Below the pieces are notes generated by a model. The model saw nothing but the letters and a program-made list of their open reading frames with translations. It ran no database searches and had not been told where the DNA came from. DNA of 56,451 nucleotides from an uncultured Acidobacteriota bacterium (GTDB lineage Bacteria; Acidobacteriota; Vicinamibacteria; Vicinamibacterales; UBA8438), in contig CAJWLU010000022.1 in the NCBI GenBank assembly GCA_913043225.1, forward strand, positions 1 to 56,451, in the 5' to 3' direction. The translations under genes were made by a program, and so were the position numbers. Positions 1 through 11,165 of the stretch are shown in pieces (the first letter of the stretch is position 1; the number at the start of each line of letters is the position of its first letter).

Positions 1-71
1 GCGCCGGCGCCCGCCGAGAGAATCTCCGAGCGCTTCCGCAACAGCGAATCCTTGTACGTCGATACGTCCAT
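1..71 (-). CDS. 5' fragment of a CDS running off the window edge, possibly DksA/TraR-family protein
   Basis: Reverse strand reads AGGGAG then ATG, MDVSTYKDSLLRKRSEILSAGAG; resembles N-terminal helix of DksA/TraR proteins from memory; in-frame upstream ATG at 104; no diagnostic zinc finger visible. Confidence 0.4.
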   Translation of the reverse strand, partial: MDVSTYKDSLLRKRSEILSAGAG

Positions 72-206
72 GGCGCTCCCTGTAGTCTCTTCCGGCGCAC
101 TCATCCGGCCGGTCACCCGGCCACCACGGGCCGCGCCGATCTGCCACCCTTCAGGCGTCGTTCGCCTGTGGGGGCAAAACCACGATCATAGCAGATGGGT
201 ACCCGC

Positions 207-2743
207 TCACTCAGCCCGGAGGGTGCCGAGCGGCTTCTTCCTGAGCACGTCGAGACTAGCGGCCACGCCTACAATTCCAACCACCAGGGTCGTCAGAACC
301 AGACCGGCCAGATTGACGAGCAGCGCCGGATTCCACGCGATCTCGAGCAGATAGCGCGTCAGTCCCCAGGTCAGCGCCAACGCCCCCAACGAGCCTACCA
401 CTCCCGCCAGTGCACCGAGCGTGCCGTACTCCAATATGAGCATCAGCACGATGGTGCGACTAGTGGCTCCCAACGTCTTGAAGATGGCCGTTTCGTAGAG
501 CCGCTGGAACTTGGTCATTGCTACCGAGCCGATCAGGATCAACACACCGCTCAGCAACGCGATCCCGCCAACAATGGTGATCGCCAGCGTGACATGTTCC
601 AGGATTCGCCGGATCGTGGCGATGACCTCGAGTCCGTCGATCACCGACACGTTCGGGAATCCGGCTACCAGGTCCCGTTGCAGGCGTGCGCGTCCCTCGG
701 TATCGGGAGGACCCTGTAGGAAGGCGATGAAGCTGTGGGGCGCATCGTCGAGAGGGCCCGGCCGGAAGAGAAACATGAACCCACCGCTCTGGGTGTCATC
801 CCAGTCGACGGTGCGGACGCTGGTGACCCGGGCTTCGATCTCCCGGCCGAGGACATCGAAACGGAGCATGTCTCCCATCACCAGGTCGAGACGCTCCTGG
901 ATGCTCTCCTCCACAGACACCTCGGCTACCTCGGTCGTGCCCGCCTCCCAAAACTCCCCGTCGACAATCCGCTCGTTCTCGGCCAGCTCCGGACGATAGG
1001 TGACGGTGTACTCCCGACCGACCCCGAGTCGCCGCACTTCGCGCGTGGAGTCCAATGTCGTGCGGCTCCCCTGCACTCCGGTCACTCGGGCTCGCAGCAC
1101 CGGCAGCAACCTGGGGGCCAGACCAAGCTCTCGCTCGAGCAAGGTCTCCACCCCGTCGGTCTGATCCCGCTGGATATCGATCAGAAACATGTCCGGCGTG
1201 TCTTCGCGGACCTCGAGCGCGAAAGCGCCAAGCAAGTTCGCCTGTACGGCATGAATCCCGATGATGAAGAAACTCCCGAGCCCTACCGCGAGCAGAATCA
1301 CCCGGGTCTGATTGCCCGGCCTGATCAGGTTGAGCACCGCATGCCGAAAGGCAAATCGACCGCCATCTCCCAGCGGCTGGATGACCCGCACGAGGCCTTG
1401 CCCCACCAGATGCAACACCACGGCGATGACAGCGAAACCGCCGCACACCCACAGCCCGGCATCGAGCGACGCCGCCTGCCAGCTGGCTAGGGCAACCAGG
1501 CCGAGGGTCAGGACGACCGCGACCGCTGCCTGTGCCCGGTCCCAACCGCCGGCCGTCACCATTCCCCATCGGAGCAAGGCCAGCGGCTTGATAGCGCGCA
1601 TCTCGAGCAACGGCCCGAGCGCAAAGAGAAGCGATACGACCACACCGACGCCCAGACCCTGCCCGACGGCCGACGTTGTCAGCCCGTACGAAATCTCACC
1701 GATGCCGGTCACCGAAGCGGCTTCTTCAGCTAACGACGCCGGGATCGCCGCAAGGCCAATGGCGGCGATGGCCACCCCGAGCAGCGCGCCGCCCAGCCCC
1801 AACGCCAGCACCTGGACCACATAGATCGCCAGAACCTGCCCACTGGTGGCGCCCAGGCACTTCAGGATGGCAACACTGCGCACACGCTGTTGGACGAAAA
1901 CTCGAGTCACGCTCCAGACCCCGATACCGCCGAGCACGACAACGACAAATCCGATCAAGCTGAGATAGTTCTCAGCCCTAGACATGTTCCGAGCGATCCG
2001 GTCCTCGGTCCGACGATAGGACCGGATGCGAGCGTATGAATCCCGCAGTGGCTCACGCATGGCGGTGACAAGCGAATCGATACGATCGTCAGGCACCTGG
2101 AGCAGCAGTTGTCGCTCGACGCGGGAGCCAAACGCCAGCAACCCGGTCGCCTCCAAATCGGCGAGATCCACCATTACCCGGGGACCGAAACTGAACGCCC
2201 CCAACTGCCGTCCCGGCTCGCGGTAAATCACGCCGCGGATCTCGAACGTACCCTCACCGATGAGTAACTCGTCGCCAACAGACAGCCCGAGCTGCGTCAA
2301 CAACTCCGGACGCACGAGCGCCCCGCCTCCCGCGAGCAGCGAATGGTCATACTCCAGGCCATCGCCCAGTTCGAACACGCCGTAGTAGGGGAAATCTGCC
2401 TCGACGCCTCGCAGCTGTACGACTCTGGTCACTGTTCGACTCTGGTCGTTCGGGCGCGCCATGGTCGCGGTTTCAACCGAGGACATACGCCTGAGCTCAG
2501 GTTCGGCAGCGAGCATCTCATCGATCAGCACCGTGGCCTCTTCAGACCAGGGCTGGCCCGTCTCGATCAGGATGTCAGCCGCCGTGAGCGCTCGGCTTTC
2601 CGCCGTCATTGTCAGCGCGACGCTCTGGATGAGTGACCGAAGCGCCACGATGGCGCTGACCCCGACGGCGACACAGAGGAAGAAAAAGAGCAGGCGCCGC
2701 CACGACGCTCGAAGCTCGCGTGCCGCCATCCGCAGCACGAAGC

Positions 2744-2747
<4 letters not shown>
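207..2747 (-). CDS. ybbP: FtsX-like/YbbP-type ABC transporter permease
   Basis: 846 aa, duplicated MacB/FtsX architecture (AILKCLGAT, AIFKTLGAT), PDMFLIDIQ motif, overlaps ATPase stop (ATGA). Confidence 0.85.
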
Positions 2748-3433
<686 letters not shown>

Positions 3434-3457
3434 CCGTATCTACTGGATCGTGCCGCA

Positions 3458-4183
3458 CTAGGGCGCCGTCTCGCCGAGCTCACCCAACAGCGGCTCGATC
3501 GCCTCACGCACCCGTCTGGCCACAATCGCGGCGCCGTCGACGTTCGGGTGGATGCCGTCGTCCTGGTTCAGTCGCGGATCACCGGCCACTCCGTTCAGAA
3601 GAAACGGCATGAAAACCAGATCATGCTCATCGGCCAGCTCCTGGAACACAGATCGGAAGTCATTCGTGTAGCGGCTGCCAAAATTTGGAGGCGCCTCCAT
3701 ACCGGCCAACAGCACTTTGATTCCGCGCTCCATGGCCAAAGAGACGATCTCGGCCAGATTCTGTTTCATTTGGTCGACCGGTAGCCCCCTGAGCCCGTCA
3801 TTTCCGCCCAAGGCCAGGATGAGCACCCGAACATCTCCGACCAGCGACCATGCCGCGCGACGCAGCCCCGCCGCAGTCGTGTCGCCGGAGACCCCGGCGT
3901 TGATTACCGTTACGTCGAATCCCTCGTCCCGCAGCTGACGCCCGAGCAGGGTCGGGTACGCATCCTCGATCTCAATACCGAGGCCGGCCGTCAGGCTGTC
4001 GCCCAGCGCCACAATAACGGGCCCGCTCGGGATCTCGCCACGTCGTAAGGCCTCGGCCTCGCTCGACTTGGACTCGAGAACGGGCAGGGCTTCGATCGAG
4101 GTGGGCACCTCGCCCGGACCGCAAGCCGCGACCAGACACACCAGTCCAGCCATCCATAACCATCGACGCCGCCAAGTGCGCAT
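3458..4183 (-). CDS. tesA: SGNH/GDSL arylesterase-thioesterase (TesA-like), probable lipoprotein
   Basis: GDSLTAG, NAGVSGDTT, LGGNDGLRG, DGIHPN blocks; lipobox-like LVAAC. Confidence 0.88.
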   Translation of the reverse strand: MRTWRRRWLWMAGLVCLVAACGPGEVPTSIEALPVLESKSSEAEALRRGEIPSGPVIVALGDSLTAGLGIEIEDAYPTLLGRQLRDEGFDVTVINAGVSGDTTAAGLRRAAWSLVGDVRVLILALGGNDGLRGLPVDQMKQNLAEIVSLAMERGIKVLLAGMEAPPNFGSRYTNDFRSVFQELADEHDLVFMPFLLNGVAGDPRLNQDDGIHPNVDGAAIVARRVREAIEPLLGELGETAP

Positions 4184-4240
4184 CCCACCTATTATGCAAC
4201 AGTGCCCAGGCCGACTGGCGGAGCTGTCGATGGCGTGGGC

Positions 4241-4624
4241 TCAGGACCGATCACTGGGAACCTGACGGGTATACCGCTGCCTCAGCGAGCGGACGTAGAC
4301 CGCCAAATTCAGTATTAACAGAGCGCTTCCAAGCACCAGCTGGTGGCTTCGGGTTAGCCCGTCAGGATAGAGCCACCACAGCACGAACCGATCGATGAAG
4401 TCACCCTCGACCACCTCGACGCCAGAGGCCACACGCAACCAGTGCTCCAGATGCGTAAGTGGGCAGATCCCTCCGAACCATTCGATGCCGATCGCCCAGA
4501 CCACGGCGGGCAGATGGAGCCAGGCCAGCCGGGGCCACCGCCAAACCAGTACCCCACCCAAGACGGCAAAGAGCACGAAACCGGCGTGGAGAACCACGGT
4601 CAGGTCGGCCAAGAGCCCGTACAC
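4241..4624 (-). CDS. DUF2784-family membrane protein
   Basis: LADL..VLH..F, HLPAVVW..GIEW....CPLT.LE.WLR pattern; GTG start at 4624 preferred because the track start at 4726 overlaps cstA. Confidence 0.75.
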   Translation of the reverse strand: MYGLLADLTVVLHAGFVLFAVLGGVLVWRWPRLAWLHLPAVVWAIGIEWFGGICPLTHLEHWLRVASGVEVVEGDFIDRFVLWWLYPDGLTRSHQLVLGSALLILNLAVYVRSLRQRYTRQVPSDRS

Positions 4625-4685
4625 CTGTGTAGAATAGGCTGACTTTGCCAGCCGGTCTGTCACGTCGGGACGAGGATTCACGCTG

Positions 4686-6371
4686 ATGAATGCCACTATT
4701 CTTGCGGTCATCGGACTCGGGGCCATATTTGCCGGCTACCGGTTTTATTCGAAGTTCATCGCCGAGAAGATCTACCAACTCGATCCCAACTTCGAGACCC
4801 CGTCGCATGCTCAGCGGGACGACATCGACTACCTACCGACCAATCGCGTTGTGCTCTGGGGCCATCACTTCACCGCGGTGGCGGGCGCCGCCCCGATAAT
4901 CGGTCCCGGCATCGCCGTCATCTGGGGATGGCTTCCAGCCTTCCTTTGGGTCATCTTCGGCACGATGTTCTTCGCCGGCGTCCACGACTTCGGCGCCGTC
5001 TGGGCGAGTGTCCGGAATCAGGCCAAGTCGGTCGGCGCGCTAACCGGGGATGTGGTCAGCGCCCGGGCTCGCACGCTATTCATGATCGTCGTCTTCTTTC
5101 TCCTCATGATGGTCAACGCAGTGTTCGGGGTCGCGATCTCGGTCGAGCTGCAGTCCACGCCCAGCGCGGTGATCCCAACCTGGACTGCGGTCGCCGTCGC
5201 GATCGCCATCGGCATCCTGATCTACCGGATGCACGTGCCAATCCTGTGGCCGACGATCGTTGGCACCCTAGTCCTGTATGCCGTGATCTATCTGGGTGAA
5301 CTGGTCCCACTCTCGCTTCCCACCGAATTCCTGGGTATGGCTCCGGGCGCCCAGTGGATCATCATCCTCTTCATCTACGCCGGCATTGCCTCGCTGCTCC
5401 CGGTCTGGTTGTTGCTTCAGCCCCGCGACTACATCAACGGCATCCAGCTCTTCGTCGGGCTCGGGCTCCTCTACGGCGCAGTGATGATTGCCAGCCCTAC
5501 CATCGTGGCACCGGCCATCAACCCCAACGTGCCCGCCTCGGCGCCACCCATCATTCCGCTGTTGTTCGTGACCATCGCGTGTGGCGCGATTTCGGGATTC
5601 CACGGCCTGGTCGGATCCGGCACCACGTCGAAACAGCTGGACAAGGAAACCGACGCGCGATTCGTCGGCTACCTTGGGTCGTCTGGAGAGGGCGCCCTGG
5701 CCCTCGTGGCCATCATCGCGGCCACCGCCGGGTTCGCCTCAATCGATGACTGGAACGCGCTCTACTCGGACTTCGGTAACGGCGGCATGGGCGCCTTCGT
5801 CACCGGTGGCGCCACCATCGTCTCGGGCGGGGTGGGCATCTCGTACGAGTTCGCCGCAACGCTGCTGACCGTCATGGCCGTGCTGTTTGCAGGAACAACC
5901 ATGGACGCCGGCGTCCGGCTACAGCGCTACATCATCCAGGAGTGGGGCTCAATCTATCAGATTCCGGTGTTGCAGAATGGCTACGTCGCGACCATAGCCG
6001 CGGTCAGTGCCTGTCTCCTGTTGGCGTTCGGGGCTGGGGGCCCCAGCGGTGAGGGCGGCATGCTGATATGGCCCCTGTTCGGTACCACCAACCAGCTACT
6101 GGCGGGCCTGACGCTCCTTGTCATCAGCGTGATGCTGGTCAAGCTGGGTCGCCCGGCCCGCTACACTTTGATTCCAATGCTCTTCATCACCTTCATGGCG
6201 CTCGCGGCGGCCGTCCTCCAACTCGGTACCCTCTACGAGGAAGGCGGCATTACGTACTTCCTGCTCTGGATCGACGCGGTGATCGTAATCCTGGCGATCC
6301 TCGTCCTACTCGAGGCCGGATCGGCCTTCTTCCGCGCGCGGCGGGCCGCCGAGACCGGGGCTACGGCCTAG
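4686..6371 (+). CDS. cstA: Carbon starvation protein A family transporter
   Basis: GHHFTAVAGAAPIIGP, LLQPRDYIN, TIACGAISGFH, WPLFGTTNQLLA; many TM helices. Confidence 0.93.
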   Translation: MNATILAVIGLGAIFAGYRFYSKFIAEKIYQLDPNFETPSHAQRDDIDYLPTNRVVLWGHHFTAVAGAAPIIGPGIAVIWGWLPAFLWVIFGTMFFAGVHDFGAVWASVRNQAKSVGALTGDVVSARARTLFMIVVFFLLMMVNAVFGVAISVELQSTPSAVIPTWTAVAVAIAIGILIYRMHVPILWPTIVGTLVLYAVIYLGELVPLSLPTEFLGMAPGAQWIIILFIYAGIASLLPVWLLLQPRDYINGIQLFVGLGLLYGAVMIASPTIVAPAINPNVPASAPPIIPLLFVTIACGAISGFHGLVGSGTTSKQLDKETDARFVGYLGSSGEGALALVAIIAATAGFASIDDWNALYSDFGNGGMGAFVTGGATIVSGGVGISYEFAATLLTVMAVLFAGTTMDAGVRLQRYIIQEWGSIYQIPVLQNGYVATIAAVSACLLLAFGAGGPSGEGGMLIWPLFGTTNQLLAGLTLLVISVMLVKLGRPARYTLIPMLFITFMALAAAVLQLGTLYEEGGITYFLLWIDAVIVILAILVLLEAGSAFFRARRAAETGATA

Positions 6372-6375
6372 GCAG

Positions 6376-6642
6376 ATGGGCGACGACGAGGGTCGCCTGG
6401 CTCAGCTGGGCCGCCTCCTCCGCGAGTTCTACGAAGCCCCCTACCGAGGGGCAGTGGCACGGGCGCGACGCGAGGAGGACGATCTCTTTATGCTTTTTGT
6501 GTTCGCCGAGCTTATGGGCGTGCCCAATCCAGCGGCGTACTACACGCTGGAGCTTCAGCCGTTGCTCCTCGAACGCTTCCACGAGTGGCACCAGCGCCAA
6601 GGGCTCGAGCATTCGCCGCTAGACGACTTCCGTTGTTGTTGA
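6376..6642 (+). CDS. Small CstA-associated protein ending in Cys-Cys (cory-CC-star type)
   Basis: 88 aa, EFY..PYR, GVPNPAAYYTLEL, FHEWH, C-terminal FRCC-stop; located between cstA and ArsA-family gene. Confidence 0.8.
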   Translation: MGDDEGRLAQLGRLLREFYEAPYRGAVARARREEDDLFMLFVFAELMGVPNPAAYYTLELQPLLLERFHEWHQRQGLEHSPLDDFRCC

Positions 6643-6658
6643 GCCCTTTGACTCCATC

Positions 6659-7651
6659 GTGAACGAGTTATTGACGCGGCCGCTGCTTTTCGTTGGCGGG
6701 AAGGGCGGCGTAGGCAAGACGACCACCGCCGCCGCGCTGGCGCTCCGTATCGCCGATCAGGGGCGACGGGCGCTACTGGTCTCCACCGATCCGGCCCACT
6801 CCCTGGCAGACCTCTTCGGGCGCACGATCGGCGACACGCAAACCGAGCTCGCGCCGTCCCTCTGGGCGCTCGAGATCGATCCGGACCGGCAAGCCGACGC
6901 ACACCTGGCGGCGGTCAAAGACAGGATGAAAGGGCTCGTACACCCTCGTGCCTATGACGAGATCGACCGCCAACTGGATCTGGCCAAGCTCGCGCCAGGC
7001 ACGATGGAAGCGGCGATGCTCGAGCGGATGGCCGAGGTCATGGCCCTGGCCGGACGAGACTACGACCATGTCGTCTTCGACACCGCCCCGACCGGGCACA
7101 CCGTGCGTCTCCTTTCCCTGCCCGAGGTGATGGCCGCCTGGACCGACGGCCTGCTTGGTCATCGAAAGCGCTCAGCCCAACTTGATTCGGCACTCCGTCA
7201 TCTGGGCGGGGGGCGGAAACGCGGCGACGACCTGTCCCGGCTGGAAAACGCCGCTGACCATGACGAAGGCAGCCGCGACGCCCGGCTCAACGAGATCCTT
7301 CAGGAACGTCGACGAAAGCTCGTGCGCGCCCGCGAACAGTTGCTCGACCGCGCTGTCTGTGCGTTCCTGCTGGTACTAAATCCCGACCGACTGTCACTCC
7401 TCGAAACAGTGAAGGCACACAAGGTCCTCGAGCGGGTCTCGATCTCGGTGGCCGGGCTGGTCGTAAACCGGGTGCTGCCGGACGAAGCCGACGGGGAGTT
7501 CCTACTAGCCCGCCGGGAACAGGAAGGAAGCTACCTGGAAGAGATCGACCGGACGTTCGCGAGCCTGCCTAGGGTGCGGGTGCCATTGCTCCCCTGCGAC
7601 GTGCACGAATTCGAGACGCTACGCCGCCTCGGCAAGGCGGTCGCCGTCTGA
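6659..7651 (+). CDS. ArsA/GET3-family ATPase, single nucleotide-binding domain
   Basis: GKGGVGKTT, STDPAHSL, FDTAPTGH motifs; 330 aa. Confidence 0.9.
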   Translation: MNELLTRPLLFVGGKGGVGKTTTAAALALRIADQGRRALLVSTDPAHSLADLFGRTIGDTQTELAPSLWALEIDPDRQADAHLAAVKDRMKGLVHPRAYDEIDRQLDLAKLAPGTMEAAMLERMAEVMALAGRDYDHVVFDTAPTGHTVRLLSLPEVMAAWTDGLLGHRKRSAQLDSALRHLGGGRKRGDDLSRLENAADHDEGSRDARLNEILQERRRKLVRAREQLLDRAVCAFLLVLNPDRLSLLETVKAHKVLERVSISVAGLVVNRVLPDEADGEFLLARREQEGSYLEEIDRTFASLPRVRVPLLPCDVHEFETLRRLGKAVAV

Positions 7652-7667
7652 GGAGCCGCGGCTCAGG

Positions 7668-7826
7668 CTACCGCTCTTCATTAACGTCATTCAGCCAGCG
7701 GTCGCTGACGTACTGTTCGGAGACCCCGCCTCCACGCAGCCACCGGCAGGCGGCCTCCCTCGTCAACCAGAGCACGCCGAAGAACGCTAGAAATCTCACG
7801 CTGTACACCAACGGTGCGCGCCACAT
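7668..7826 (-). CDS. Putative 52-aa small membrane protein
   Basis: AAGAGGAG then ATG; MWRAPLVYSVRFLAFFGVLWLTREAACRWLRGGGVSEQYVSDRWLNDVNEER has one hydrophobic segment; own promoter-like region upstream; palindrome GAGCCGCGGCTC (7653-7664) between it and the convergent ArsA gene. Confidence 0.55.
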   Translation of the reverse strand: MWRAPLVYSVRFLAFFGVLWLTREAACRWLRGGGVSEQYVSDRWLNDVNEER

Positions 7827-7846
7827 AAGCTCCTCTTGAGTAATGT

Positions 7847-7893
7847 ACTCAACATATAGTGGCCAGCTTTGATATTTCAACAATATATAGTGC
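7847..7893. promoter_or_regulatory. Tandem NrdR-box-like operators overlapping a sigma70-like promoter on the minus strand
   Basis: ACTCAACATATAGTGG (7847-7862) and CAACAATATATAGTGC (7878-7893) match acaCwAtATaTwGtgt and are offset by 31 bp; minus-strand TTGAAA-N18-TATGTT (7880 to 7851); AT-rich patch in GC-rich DNA. Confidence 0.7.
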
Positions 7894-7916
7894 GCGTGCA
7901 ATAAGCCGTACACAAG

Positions 7917-7944
7917 ACGAGCCGGGTCCCAGAACCCGGCTCGT
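7917..7944 (-). terminator. Probable intrinsic terminator of ahcY
   Basis: Perfect 11-bp stem ACGAGCCGGGT-cccaga-ACCCGGCTCGT, followed by CTTGTGT on the minus strand. Confidence 0.6.
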
Positions 7945-8015
7945 TCAACGAGCTCCGGTCGAAACCAGCGAACTACCGGGCACTACCCTCGAAACGCAGG
8001 CAATGCCGACATCAG

Positions 8016-9542
<1,527 letters not shown>

Positions 9543-9849
9543 TCGTCTCTCCTCTGATCTCGGTCATGCGCCCGCGACCGGGCGCATCTTCAATGCTGTC
9601 AATCAGTTCAGGGCGAACCACTAGCCAGCAGTGTTGTGCCGTCGCCTCTCTATTGTAACCCGGTTCCAGGCTGACGTCGGGGGGACGACACCGCGTCATG
9701 TCCGATACGCGCGGCGTCGCACCGTGAATGGTTCATAGAGCGAAGTCCGGAGATATCGTTCGTCCCAGTCTGTGCGCACCCATACCGTTACGTGCAGCGA
9801 GACGATCCGATGATGCTGATGGCCGACGAACCCGATTACCGCCCGCCGG

Positions 9850-11085
9850 TTACGGAATCTGATAAACGCGGAGATCGAACTCGGGAACCACCGCCAAGAG
9901 GTGTTCGAAGATGTCGGACTGAATCCCCTCGTATCGGACCCAGTTCTGGTCTCGGCTGAAGACGTACACCTCGAGGGGAACTCCATGCGGTGTCGGGGGC
10001 AATTGGCGGACAAGGAAGGTCATATCCTGGTGTATCTGAGGATGGTGACGAAGATAGGCGACGACATAGGCCCGGAAGGTCCCGATGTTAGTAAGGCGAC
10101 GAGGATGGACGGCGCTGCCGGCATCGTCCTGGTGCCGGGCGTTCCATTCTGTAATCGCGGCCTGCTTCTCCGCCAGATACTCCCGCATGAAGTCGATCTT
10201 CGACAGCCGGTCGAGCATCGGCTCATCACAGAACCGTACCGAGCCGATGTCGATGTTGATCGCCCGCTTGATCCGGCGGCCTCCCGACTCGGCCATGCCC
10301 CGCCAGTTCTTGAAAGACTGCGTGATCAACGCGTGGGTCGGGATGGTCGTGATCGTCTTGTCGAAGTTCTGAACCTTGACGGTCGTGAGCGCCACTTCCA
10401 GGACGTCTCCGTCGGCCCCGTACTTCGGCATCTCGATCCAGTCGCCAGGTCGGACCATCTGGTTGGCCGAAAGCTGGATGCCGGCCACAAAGCCCAGGAT
10501 GGAATCCTGGAAGATCAACATCAGCACGGCCGTCATCGCCCCCAGCCCGCTGAAGAGCAACGCCGGAGACTCGCCAATTAGCACCGACAGGGCGACGATT
10601 AACGCCGTCCCGTACAGCATCAGCTTGGCGACCTGCGAGATGGTGGTCAGGGGAAGCGACTTGCCAAGCTTCGAGAGCCGGACGATGTCGACCAGTGCGT
10701 TGAGCAACCCGTCGAGCACCGACACCACGACCCCGACCATATAGAGGAGGCAGCTAGACTTAACGAGAGTCGTCAGGAGGGCATCTGCATTGGCCGAAGC
10801 CTCTTCCGGCTGCAGCACCGAGCGGGCGAAGAAATAGATCACCAGCGCCGGAGCGATGTGCGCAAGCCGATGAAAGACCCTCCGGCTGGTGACTATGTCG
10901 TCCCAGTCAGTATCGGTCCGCTCGGCCAGCCGCAGCACGACTCGCAGCAACACCTTCTTAGCGACCAAGTCCGCGACCCAGGCCAGCAACAGCACCATTA
11001 CGATGCCGCTGGCGGAGAGCGTGAGACTCGCAGCGCTCTGGGCGAGACCCTGCGACAGAAGCCAGTCCTCGATCACGTTGATCAT
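9850..11085 (-). CDS. Mechanosensitive channel, MscS family (YbdG/MscM-like)
   Basis: FQDSILGFVAGIQLS, GDWIEMPKYGADGDV, NWRGMAESGGRRIKR, LTNIGTFRAY. Confidence 0.9.
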   Translation of the reverse strand: MINVIEDWLLSQGLAQSAASLTLSASGIVMVLLLAWVADLVAKKVLLRVVLRLAERTDTDWDDIVTSRRVFHRLAHIAPALVIYFFARSVLQPEEASANADALLTTLVKSSCLLYMVGVVVSVLDGLLNALVDIVRLSKLGKSLPLTTISQVAKLMLYGTALIVALSVLIGESPALLFSGLGAMTAVLMLIFQDSILGFVAGIQLSANQMVRPGDWIEMPKYGADGDVLEVALTTVKVQNFDKTITTIPTHALITQSFKNWRGMAESGGRRIKRAINIDIGSVRFCDEPMLDRLSKIDFMREYLAEKQAAITEWNARHQDDAGSAVHPRRLTNIGTFRAYVVAYLRHHPQIHQDMTFLVRQLPPTPHGVPLEVYVFSRDQNWVRYEGIQSDIFEHLLAVVPEFDLRVYQIP

Positions 11086-11165
11086 CTGGAGATCCTCTCG
11101 ACCCGACACGGGTCAGGAACGGACTGATCGTATCAGGAGGGAACGAGGGGGACCGCGCCTGACGG

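Noticed and set aside
6634..6660. TGT-TGT-TGA as possible selenocysteine readthrough
   Set aside because: No SECIS-like hairpin visible downstream, the next gene starts 16 bp later, and CC-stop is the expected family terminus
6659..7651. Arsenic resistance operon
   Set aside because: Single-domain ATPase with no arsR, arsB/acr3, arsC or arsD in the window
9543..9700. Canonical SAH or SAM-I riboswitch upstream of ahcY
   Set aside because: Hallmark conserved segments not found by eye; kept only as a candidate structured leader
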